Source: Myxococcota bacterium
GTDB taxonomy: Bacteria; Myxococcota_A; UBA9160; SMWR01
Direction of reading: 5' to 3'
Length of the DNA stretch: 11,543 bases
Assembly: GCA_046754165.1 (NCBI GenBank)
Contig: JBHHVG010000054.1
Location: 1 to 11,543 of the forward strand
This document shows positions 5,538 through 11,543 of the stretch, piece after piece. Position 1 is the first letter of the stretch; the number at the start of each line of letters is the position of its first letter. Position numbers and translations under genes: made by a program. Under the pieces are notes generated by a model. That model was not told where the DNA came from, did not search any database, and saw nothing but the letters and a program-made list of their open reading frames with translations.

Positions 5538-7765
5538 CATCTCGGAGCGGCGAGGGAACACCGCTTCGACGCGCACTCGCGGCGGGACGCTCCCGCGACG
5601 CCGCGATCGCCCTGGCCCTCTGCGCCCTCACCTTCGCCGTCTACTTCCAGGTGCGAAACCACGCGTTCGTCGACTACGACGATCGCGTGTACATCCTCGA
5701 CAACCCCAACCTGCGCGATGGACCGAGCCTGAAGACGATCGCGCGCTCGTTCCGCGAGCCCTACGAGACCAACTGGATCCCCCTGACGTGGGTCTCGCTC
5801 CAGCTGGATCACGCCCTGTTCGGCTCCGAGCCAGCGGGCTACCTGCTCGAGAACGTCGCGTTGCACGCGCTGTCGGCCCTGCTGTTGTACCTGGCGCTTG
5901 CGCGAATGACGGGCGCACGGTGGCCCAGCTGCTTCGTCGCCGCCGTCTTCGCGGTGCACCCCCTTCACGTAGAGAGCGTGGCGTGGGCCGCCGAGCGCAA
6001 GGACACGCTCAGCGGGATGTTCTGGATGGCCACCATGGTCGCCTACGCGCACCACGCCGCGCGTCCGGGGATGGGGCGCATGGCCCTGGTGGCGGCGAGC
6101 TTCTCGGCCGGCTTGATGGCGAAGCCCATGCTGGTCTCGCTGCCCCTGGTACTGCTGCTGCTCGACCACTGGCCGCTGGGCCGGCTCCGACGCGATAAGA
6201 GCGGAGCCTTCCCGCCGGCTGGCGGGCCGCGCCGCGTCCTGCTCGAGAAGCTCCCGCTGTTCGCACTTGCCGGCGCCGCGAGCGCCGTCACCCTCGCTGT
6301 GCAGCGCGCGGCGGGCGCGATGTCCCACGACCACCTGCTGCCGCTGTCGGTGCGGCTGTCGAACGCGGTGGTCTCGTACGCCGCCTACCTCCGCGACAGC
6401 CTCTGGCCGGTCGACCTCGCCGTCTTCTACCCGCACCCGCTCAGCCTGCCGCCGCCCGGGACGCTCCTGGTCGCGTCGTCGCTGCTGGTGGGGATCAGCG
6501 CGCTGGCCCTCCGCTGGGCCGGGACGCGGCCGTACTTCGCCGTGGGTTGGCTGTGGTTCCTCCTGACCCTCGTGCCGGTGATCGGAATCGTGCAGGCCGG
6601 CATGCAGGCCCGCGCCGACCGCTACACCTACCTGCCGCAGATCGGGCTGACGATCGCCGCGGCGTGGGGCGCGCACGAAGCCAGCCGCAGCAGGGCTCTG
6701 CGACGCGTTCTGGCCGCCGTAGGAGCCGGCGCCATCGCCGCGCTGGCGGTCACCGCGTGGAACCAGGTCGGACACTGGCGCGATTCGCGCGCACTGTTCG
6801 CCCGGGCGGTCTCTGTTACGCAAGACAACTTCGTTGCCCATCACGGGCTGGGTGAGGCGCTGCTCGAAGCGGGCGACCCCGAGGCTGCGCTCGCGCAGTT
6901 CCTTCGGGCCCGAGCGATCAAGCCGCGCTGGCCCGATGCCCGCGTCGGTGAGGCGGATGCTCGGCTGGCGCTTGGCCAGCTGGAGCCCGCGCTGGAAGGC
7001 TATCGGCGTGCCCTCGAGCTCGACCCGACGCACGCGACGGCGCTCGCGAAGTCTGGGCGGGCGCTCGCTGCGAGCGGACGGACGGACGAGGCGATCCAGC
7101 ACTACCGACGCGCCCTGCGTCTGTTCGGAGACGCCCCGCCGGCCGCGCTCCACGCCTACCTCGGAGCCGCGTTGGCCGACATCGGGGACGACGCCGGGGC
7201 CGAGCAGCAGTTCGAACGGGCGATCGCGATCCGACCGGATTACGCCCGGGCCCACCACTACCTGGGAATGATGCGGCTGCGGACCGGCCGGTTCTCCGAC
7301 GCCCGCGAGCCCCTGCGGATTGCCGCGTCCCTGCTCGGTGAGTCCGCGGAGCTGCACGCCAGCCAGGCTGCCGCCGCGCGTGGCGCCGGGGACGCCCGTG
7401 CCGCACTGGAGCATTACCGCGCCGCTCGGCGCCTGCGCCCGGGCTGGGAAGTCGCCGCGAACAACCTCGCCTGGATCCTCGCGACCCATCCCGACGCGAA
7501 CATCCGCGACCCAGCGGAAGCGGTCCGCATCGCCGAGACGCTCCAGCGCGCCGGTGGCGCGGCCGATCCGCTCCGGTACGACACGTTGGCCGCGGCCTAC
7601 GCGGCCGCCGGACAGTTCGAGCGCGCCGCGCGAACCGCGGCCGAGGCTGCCCGGCTGGCGCGCCGCGATGGTCCGGAAGACCTCATCGTCCAGATCGAGG
7701 AGCGCGCGGCCGGCTACCGGTCGAACCGGCCTTTCATCGATCCCGAGTGGCTCCGAGGCGACTGA
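5534..7765 (+). CDS. TMTC-like GT-C glycosyltransferase: N-terminal DUF1736-type multi-TM domain (about 400 aa) fused to C-terminal TPR repeats (about 340 aa). About 743 aa in total.
   Basis: This is the 3' part of six-frame ORF 4481..7765(+). Its first ~350 aa are an R/P/G-rich shadow frame overlapping the paralog gene. I propose GTG 5534-5536 as the start. It overlaps the upstream TGA (GTGA coupling), and GGAGG at 5525-5529 gives a 4-nt spacer. TM1 is AIALALCALTFAVYFQV. It is followed by the loop-1 acidic motif AFVDYDDRVYILDNPNL (the GT-C DD motif). Then come ...LLENVALHALSALLLYL... and FAVHPLHVESVAWAAERKDTL, the hallmark P-x-H-V-E-S-V-A-W block of DUF1736/TMTC proteins. From about residue 430 there are at least 8 TPR-like 34-aa units (e.g. 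AHHGLGEALLEAGDPEAALAQFLRARAIKP..., AHHYLGMMRLRTGRFSDA...). The TGA stop is at 7763-7765. Confidence 0.8.
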   Translation: MTSRSGEGTPLRRALAAGRSRDAAIALALCALTFAVYFQVRNHAFVDYDDRVYILDNPNLRDGPSLKTIARSFREPYETNWIPLTWVSLQLDHALFGSEPAGYLLENVALHALSALLLYLALARMTGARWPSCFVAAVFAVHPLHVESVAWAAERKDTLSGMFWMATMVAYAHHAARPGMGRMALVAASFSAGLMAKPMLVSLPLVLLLLDHWPLGRLRRDKSGAFPPAGGPRRVLLEKLPLFALAGAASAVTLAVQRAAGAMSHDHLLPLSVRLSNAVVSYAAYLRDSLWPVDLAVFYPHPLSLPPPGTLLVASSLLVGISALALRWAGTRPYFAVGWLWFLLTLVPVIGIVQAGMQARADRYTYLPQIGLTIAAAWGAHEASRSRALRRVLAAVGAGAIAALAVTAWNQVGHWRDSRALFARAVSVTQDNFVAHHGLGEALLEAGDPEAALAQFLRARAIKPRWPDARVGEADARLALGQLEPALEGYRRALELDPTHATALAKSGRALAASGRTDEAIQHYRRALRLFGDAPPAALHAYLGAALADIGDDAGAEQQFERAIAIRPDYARAHHYLGMMRLRTGRFSDAREPLRIAASLLGESAELHASQAAAARGAGDARAALEHYRAARRLRPGWEVAANNLAWILATHPDANIRDPAEAVRIAETLQRAGGAADPLRYDTLAAAYAAAGQFERAARTAAEAARLARRDGPEDLIVQIEERAAGYRSNRPFIDPEWLRGD

Positions 7766-9206
7766 TCTCTGCCCTCGACTCCCACAGCGAGCCGACACAC
7801 GCCATCACCAGGTTCACGACCAGCCCGATCACGCCGAGGTGGACACCTTCGATGCGCTTTACTCCCAGCACCACACCGCCCACCACGATCGCGCTGCCGA
7901 CCACCAGCCCGGCGAGGGCGGGGCGCGCCTTCAGCCGGCGCCAATGAATCGCCAATAGGAAGGCCGGGGCACACTGGATCAGGAGCTCCATCTTGAGTTC
8001 GATGAGCCCCCACAGCGTGATGCCCCGCGCCCACATGGCGAGCCCGGCCATTGCGACCATCACCACCGCGGCAATCCGCTTGCCCGCCGCGGTGGTCGCG
8101 TCATCGTCTCGCGGGCGATCGAGAACGTCGCCCGCCAGTGTCGAGCCCAACGACAGCAGGCACGAATCCGCGGTCGACATGATCGCGGCCAGCGCACCCA
8201 GGAAGACGAAGGTCGCCGCCGCCGCGTGGGCGGTTCCGGCGTCCGCCCACTGCCCGAGCAGCAGCGGCATCACGCGATCCGCCTCGACCACCCCAAGGCC
8301 GGACAGGCGCGGAATCGCGGCCCAGCCGATCCAGGTGACGACGAGCGTGGTCGTGAGCGGCATGAACGTCATCAGCGCGAGCGAACGGCGCAGGGTCGCC
8401 CCGTCGCGCGCCGCGTAGATCCGTTGGATCGCCTGGGGATAGATCACGCTTGCGATTCCCAGCAGCACGATGGTGCTCGCCCAGTTCGTCTGCTCCACGA
8501 TGCCCGGCACGCGCCCGACCTCGGGCCGAACCTCGAGGACCGCGCGGGTAACCGCCCCGACCCCACCCGCCTCCGCCTGCAGCCACGCCGCCAGCGCCAT
8601 CAGACCCACCAACATCATCACGCCCTGGGCGGCGTCCGTCCAGGCGACGGCGCGCATCCCTCCCAACGTCTCGTAGAAGAGGATCATGGCCGCCAGGATG
8701 ACGATGCCGAGCTCGTAGGGGATGGCGCCGCCCGTCACCTGTGCAGCGAGCTCGCCCATGGCCTTGAGCTGGGCGAAGAGGAAGTTGGCCAGCGCGATCG
8801 ACATCAGCACCGCGACGCCCTGCAGCAGGCCCTTCGCGCCCGGTTCGCCCCGAAATCGGTGTCGCACCCAGTCGCCCGGCGTCACGAACCGATGCCGGAC
8901 AGCCACGGGACGGAGCTTCGGCACGAGCGAGTGGAAGACGACAATGATCGACATCATGAACCCGGTCGCCATGACCCACGAGTAACCGCGGCGGTACCCC
9001 TCGCCCGGGTAGCCGAGCAGCGAGTTCCCGCTGTAGGCGGTGGCGTAGAGCGTGAGGAAGAGCACGAATACGCCGAGCTCACGACCACCGAGGAAATGAT
9101 CGGCAGGCGCGTTGCCACGCCGCGCACGGCGCGCGAACTCCGCGATCGCGAACAGCAGCAGCAGGTAACCCGCGAGACCGACGAGGCCCAGCTGCTCGAG
9201 CTTCAT
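7734..9206 (-). CDS. Sodium:solute symporter family (SSF, TC 2.A.21) transporter, 490 aa. Substrate unknown.
   Basis: There are about 13 hydrophobic helices. The N-terminal region DHFLGGRELGVFVLFLTLYATAYSGNSLLGYPGEGY matches the SSF signature region of PutP/PanF-like transporters (D-x-F-L-A-G-R-x-L-G ... S-G ... G-x-P-G). The ATG is at 9206-9204, with GAGGAG about 15 nt upstream on the minus strand. The stop is at 7734-7736. The gene overlaps the convergent TMTC-like gene end by about 32 nt. Confidence 0.85.
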   Translation of the reverse strand: MKLEQLGLVGLAGYLLLLFAIAEFARRARRGNAPADHFLGGRELGVFVLFLTLYATAYSGNSLLGYPGEGYRRGYSWVMATGFMMSIIVVFHSLVPKLRPVAVRHRFVTPGDWVRHRFRGEPGAKGLLQGVAVLMSIALANFLFAQLKAMGELAAQVTGGAIPYELGIVILAAMILFYETLGGMRAVAWTDAAQGVMMLVGLMALAAWLQAEAGGVGAVTRAVLEVRPEVGRVPGIVEQTNWASTIVLLGIASVIYPQAIQRIYAARDGATLRRSLALMTFMPLTTTLVVTWIGWAAIPRLSGLGVVEADRVMPLLLGQWADAGTAHAAAATFVFLGALAAIMSTADSCLLSLGSTLAGDVLDRPRDDDATTAAGKRIAAVVMVAMAGLAMWARGITLWGLIELKMELLIQCAPAFLLAIHWRRLKARPALAGLVVGSAIVVGGVVLGVKRIEGVHLGVIGLVVNLVMACVGSLWESRAEISRLGATRDR

Positions 9207-9442
9207 CGCGGCCCGGGCTCCTCGGGCGAATCATCGTCCGATACTTCGGCGAGCAACCAGGCGGCGGCGTTCAGCACGGCGACCGCCGCGTAGCAGAGGA
9301 TCGCGACGGCGACCCAGTCGGGGAGGCCATGCCATAGGCGCACCTCCGCGCCGGGGGAGCGGTACCACGGAATCGACACGACGTAGAGCACCGCGATCAC
9401 CGCGAGCAGCGCGCGGCGAAGCTGGCGTCGACCCCGCGTCAC
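9203..9442 (-). CDS. Small two-TM membrane protein (DUF3311-like accessory protein of sodium:solute symporters), about 79 aa
   Basis: This is the C-terminal part of six-frame ORF 9203..9985(-). It has two clear hydrophobic helices, LLAVIAVLYVVSIPWY and WVAVAILCYAAVAVLNAAAWLL, and an acidic tail. Its TGA (9205-9203) overlaps the symporter ATG (9206-9204) as ATGA. The proposed GTG start at 9442-9440 overlaps the SRAP TGA (9441-9439) as GTGA. The alternative ATG at 9487 would give 94 aa and overlap SRAP by 49 nt. The upstream remainder of the ORF is R/G/P-rich shadow sequence. The DUF3311 assignment rests on size, topology and position next to an SSF gene, not on a recognisable motif. Confidence 0.55.
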   Translation of the reverse strand: MTRGRRQLRRALLAVIAVLYVVSIPWYRSPGAEVRLWHGLPDWVAVAILCYAAVAVLNAAAWLLAEVSDDDSPEEPGPR

Positions 9443-10131
9443 AACAGCGATCCCTGGGTGGGCGCCGGAGCGGCCGGAAGGACACATTCTGGGCCGTCGT
9501 TTCGCACGTCGTTCACCATTATTCCCACCGTCCAGGCCGACAGCCACGTCTCCGGACAAGGCGCGAGCAGCGCGCGCATCGCCTGCAGATCGCCACCCTC
9601 GGTTTCGAGCCACGGCGCGTACGCCTGGGGATCCACGATCACCGGCATCCGCTGGTGGATCGGCCGCACCACCGCGTTCGCCACGGTGGTGACGATCGTG
9701 CACGACCGGATCTCCTCGCCATCCGGGGAGATCCAGCTCTCCCAGAGACCGGCGAGGGCGAACAGCGCTCCGTCCGTCCGGGCGACGTGGACCGGCTGCT
9801 TCGGGGGCTCCGTCCCGGACCACTCGTAGAAACCGTCGGCCGGGATCAGGCAGCGCCGTGCTCGAAAGGCGCCGCGGAAGGCCGGCTTCTCCGCGATCGT
9901 CTCCGCCCGCGCGTTGATCAGGCGGTTCCCGATCGACGGGTCCTTCGCCCAGGCGGGGATCAGACCCCAGCTGTGGAGAGCGCACACGCGTCTGCTCCCC
10001 TCGGCACGGATCACGGCGACCGGCTGACCGGGAGCGATGTTGTAACGTGCCTCCAGCTCGGGCGGCAGATCGAGTCCGAATTCATCGGCCACGCTTTCCG
10101 GTGACGCGCGCAATGTGAATCGCCCGCACAA
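9439..10131 (-). CDS. SOS-response-associated peptidase (SRAP / YedK / HMCES-like) abasic-site processing protein, 230 aa
   Basis: The N-terminus is (M)CGRFTL..., with the invariant Cys2 nucleophile. Conserved core blocks are present: NIAPGQPVAVIR, FRARRCLIPADGFYEW (catalytic Glu region) and VANAVVRPIHQRMPVIV (catalytic His). The initiation codon is TTG (10131-10129, revcomp CAA). It has a strong GGAGG ribosome-binding site with a 9-nt spacer on the minus strand. The TGA stop is at 9441-9439. Confidence 0.85.
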   Translation of the reverse strand: MCGRFTLRASPESVADEFGLDLPPELEARYNIAPGQPVAVIRAEGSRRVCALHSWGLIPAWAKDPSIGNRLINARAETIAEKPAFRGAFRARRCLIPADGFYEWSGTEPPKQPVHVARTDGALFALAGLWESWISPDGEEIRSCTIVTTVANAVVRPIHQRMPVIVDPQAYAPWLETEGGDLQAMRALLAPCPETWLSAWTVGIMVNDVRNDGPECVLPAAPAPTQGSLL

Positions 10132-10193
10132 GAGTAACGACCTCCGCGCTGCAGCTGCTACAGTACCGCGTCCAAAACGCAGGGGAGAAGGCG
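10132..10193. promoter_or_regulatory. 62-bp divergent intergenic region between SRAP operon (-) and DUF368 gene (+), with a dyad-symmetric element CTGCAGCTGCTACAG (10149-10163; core palindrome GCAGCTGC 10151-10158)
   Basis: Read directly from the sequence. The 15-mer matches its own reverse complement at 12 of 15 positions and has CTG...CAG ends, loosely reminiscent of SOS/LexA-type CTGT-N8-ACAG boxes. It is not a canonical match, and the spacer is 7 nt rather than 8. The ribosome-binding sites for both flanking genes lie within this region. Confidence 0.3.
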
Positions 10194-11204
10194 TTGAGCG
10201 ATTCCACAGAACGCGCCCGCGTTGGCGGCAAGCTGTCGGTCGTGCTGCGCGGCGCCCTGGGCGGCACCTTGATGGGTCTCGCCAACCTGGTGCCCGGCAT
10301 CAGTGGCGGCACGATGTTGCTCGCCGCGGGCGTCTATCCGGGTTTCATCGAGGCGATCGCAGACCTCACGACCTTCCGCTTCCGCCTGCGGCCCGTGCTG
10401 CTGCTGGGGACGATCGTCGCGGCGGCCGCCTTCGGCATCCTGTTGCTCGCGGGCACCGTCAAGTCCCTCGTCGTCGAGCACCGCTGGATCATGTACAGCC
10501 TGTTCATTGGCCTGACCCTGGGCGGCGTGCCGCTGGTGTGGCGCATGGCGCGCCCGGCAACGCCCGCCCTCTCTGCCGGCTGCGTCGTCGCCTTCGGTCT
10601 CATGCTCGCGATGGCCCTCGGCGGCCCGGCGGCGAGCGCCGGGGGGACCAGCATGCTCCTGACGTTTGCGGCCGGTCTCGCCGCCTCCTCTGCGATGATC
10701 CTGCCCGGCGTGAGCGGCGGCTACCTGCTGCTCCTGCTGGGCCAGTACGAGACGATCTTGGGGACCGTCGATCAGCTCAAACGGGGGCTGCTCGGCGACG
10801 GCGCCGCCGGGCCCGACGTGTCGCTGGTCCTCGACGCCATGACCGTGGTGCTCCCCCTCGGTCTCGGCATCGTGGTCGGCGTGGCCGGCGTGAGCAATCT
10901 GCTGAAGTGGCTGTTGCACCGCTACGAGAAGGCGACACTCGGGGCCCTTCTGGGCCTGCTCTTCGGAGCGGTCATCGGACTCTGGCCCTTCCAACAGGGA
11001 ACCACTCCGGAGATCGGAGACACGATCAAGGGCCGAGTCGTCGCCGAGGACAACCTCGCGGAGTTCGCCCCGGAGGACTGGCCGGTGCGGAGCTTCGATC
11101 CCAGCTTCGGACAGGCCGCCGGAGCCGCGGGACTGGTCGTCCTGGGACTGTCGGCCACGCTGCTGATCGGTCGCCTCGGCGGTGGAGATGGAGACGCGGC
11201 CTAG
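10194..11204 (+). CDS. DUF368 family membrane protein (PopT-like polyprenyl/undecaprenyl-phosphate translocase family), 336 aa
   Basis: The TTG start is at 10194, with GGGGAG 7 nt upstream. There are two internal repeats of the DUF368 signature: LRGALGGTLMGLANLVPGISGGTMLLAAG in the N-terminal half and SAMILPGVSGGYLLLLLGQYE in the C-terminal half. This matches the inverted-repeat architecture of the family. There are about 8 or more hydrophobic helices. The TAG stop is at 11202-11204. Confidence 0.85.
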   Translation: MSDSTERARVGGKLSVVLRGALGGTLMGLANLVPGISGGTMLLAAGVYPGFIEAIADLTTFRFRLRPVLLLGTIVAAAAFGILLLAGTVKSLVVEHRWIMYSLFIGLTLGGVPLVWRMARPATPALSAGCVVAFGLMLAMALGGPAASAGGTSMLLTFAAGLAASSAMILPGVSGGYLLLLLGQYETILGTVDQLKRGLLGDGAAGPDVSLVLDAMTVVLPLGLGIVVGVAGVSNLLKWLLHRYEKATLGALLGLLFGAVIGLWPFQQGTTPEIGDTIKGRVVAEDNLAEFAPEDWPVRSFDPSFGQAAGAAGLVVLGLSATLLIGRLGGGDGDAA

Positions 11205-11412
11205 ACGCCCGGGCGGAGACCGGCCAGTTGCCACGAAAGGCCGAAAAACTCCACTTCTTCGGAATTTCTTCACCCCATCACGGCCGCGCAACGAGCGTCC
11301 CTGCCCCCGCGCGAGCGTTGGCGAAAGCGCTGGTCGCGTCCCTCGTGAGCGACCGCGCACGCTTCTTGCAACGACCCTGTCGGGGGGATACGAAGTTTCC
11401 CGAGGGAGTTGT

Positions 11413-11543
11413 ATGCGACGCCGAAAAACGATTTCCGCCCGAGCCGTGCGAGTCGCACTCTCGCTTCTCGCAGCGAGCTCGCTCGGCTGCTTCGCCTACG
11501 GCCACGGCGACACGCACGTCACGGAGACGCCGATCGTCAACAC
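11413..11543 (+). CDS. Putative lipoprotein, 3'-truncated by the window end; function unknown
   Basis: ATG at 11413 is preceded by GAGGGAG (11403-11409). The N-terminus MRRRKTISARAVRVALSLLAASSLGCFAYGHGDTHVTETPIVN has a positively charged n-region, a hydrophobic core and the lipobox SSLGC. Only 43 codons are visible. Confidence 0.5.
   Translation, partial: MRRRKTISARAVRVALSLLAASSLGCFAYGHGDTHVTETPIVN

Noticed and set aside
5510-7798. 762-aa minus-strand ORF antisense to the TMTC-like gene. Similar long antisense ORFs are 2732..4345(-), 3543..5036(-), 1095..2957(+), 238..1119(+), 8101..8979(-), 8226..9293(+) and 10158..11360(-).
   Set aside because: Their translations are dominated by R/G/P/A/D runs with no hydrophobic periodicity or recognisable motifs. 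Each lies opposite a gene with strong family-level evidence. They are typical stop-codon-poor shadow frames of ~70% GC DNA.
9443-9985. Upstream part of ORF 9203..9985(-), which would give a 260-aa protein overlapping SRAP
   Set aside because: It is R/G/P/D-rich with no structure and fully overlaps the well-supported SRAP gene. Only the C-terminal ~79-94 aa form a credible two-TM protein.
10149-10163. Calling the CTGCAGCTGCTACAG dyad a LexA/SOS box
   Set aside because: It does not match the E. coli CTGT-N8-ACAG box, since the spacer is 7 nt and the half-sites are CTGC/ACAG. It also does not match GAAC-N4-GTTC or GTTC-N7-GTTC types. It is kept only as an unexplained dyad.
1-11543. Searched for CRISPR arrays, IS/transposase ends, integrase genes, tRNA/rRNA genes, toxin-antitoxin pairs and recognisable phage-defence genes
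   Set aside because: None seen. There are no direct repeats of 24-40 nt with regular spacing, no DDE/serine/tyrosine recombinase motifs and no tRNA-like cloverleaf regions. Gene content and uniform GC look like core or accessory chromosome, not a mobile island.

Overview
High-GC (~70%) chromosomal segment from a Gram-negative bacterium; several products start with lipoprotein lipoboxes (L-x-G/A-C). I support ten complete coding regions plus two partial ones at the window edges. Two themes stand out. First (109-7765): a cluster in which every predicted product is a membrane-anchored or membrane-embedded enzyme facing outward. A GT-C fold glycosyltransferase of the PMT_2/ArnT-like family (GT39/GT83) sits upstream of an SPFH/band-7 lipoprotein on the minus strand. 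Diverging from a ~70 bp intergenic region on the plus strand are two tandem paralogous 474-aa 'sulfatase-like' lipoproteins of the alkaline-phosphatase superfamily. These carry Thr, not Cys/Ser, at the formylglycine position, so they are probably not true sulfatases. Their last gene is translationally coupled (GTGA overlap) to a TMTC-like protein with an N-terminal DUF1736 GT-C membrane domain and C-terminal TPR repeats. Second (7734-11204): a minus-strand operon with two 4-nt start/stop overlaps. It encodes an SRAP/YedK-type abasic-site processing protein (MCGRF, TTG start), then a small two-TM DUF3311-like protein, then a sodium:solute symporter. A DUF368 (PopT-like polyprenyl-phosphate translocase) gene is transcribed divergently from it. 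No rRNA, tRNA, CRISPR or transposase genes are visible. The many long antisense ORFs in the six-frame track are high-GC shadow ORFs. The candidate 'system' I would chase is the GT-C / Thr-nucleophile AP-superfamily lipoprotein pair / TMTC-like locus, with the nearby C55-P translocase as a possible carrier-recycling partner. This could be a periplasmic protein- or glycan-glycosylation and modification module, and it is uncharacterised in bacteria to my knowledge.
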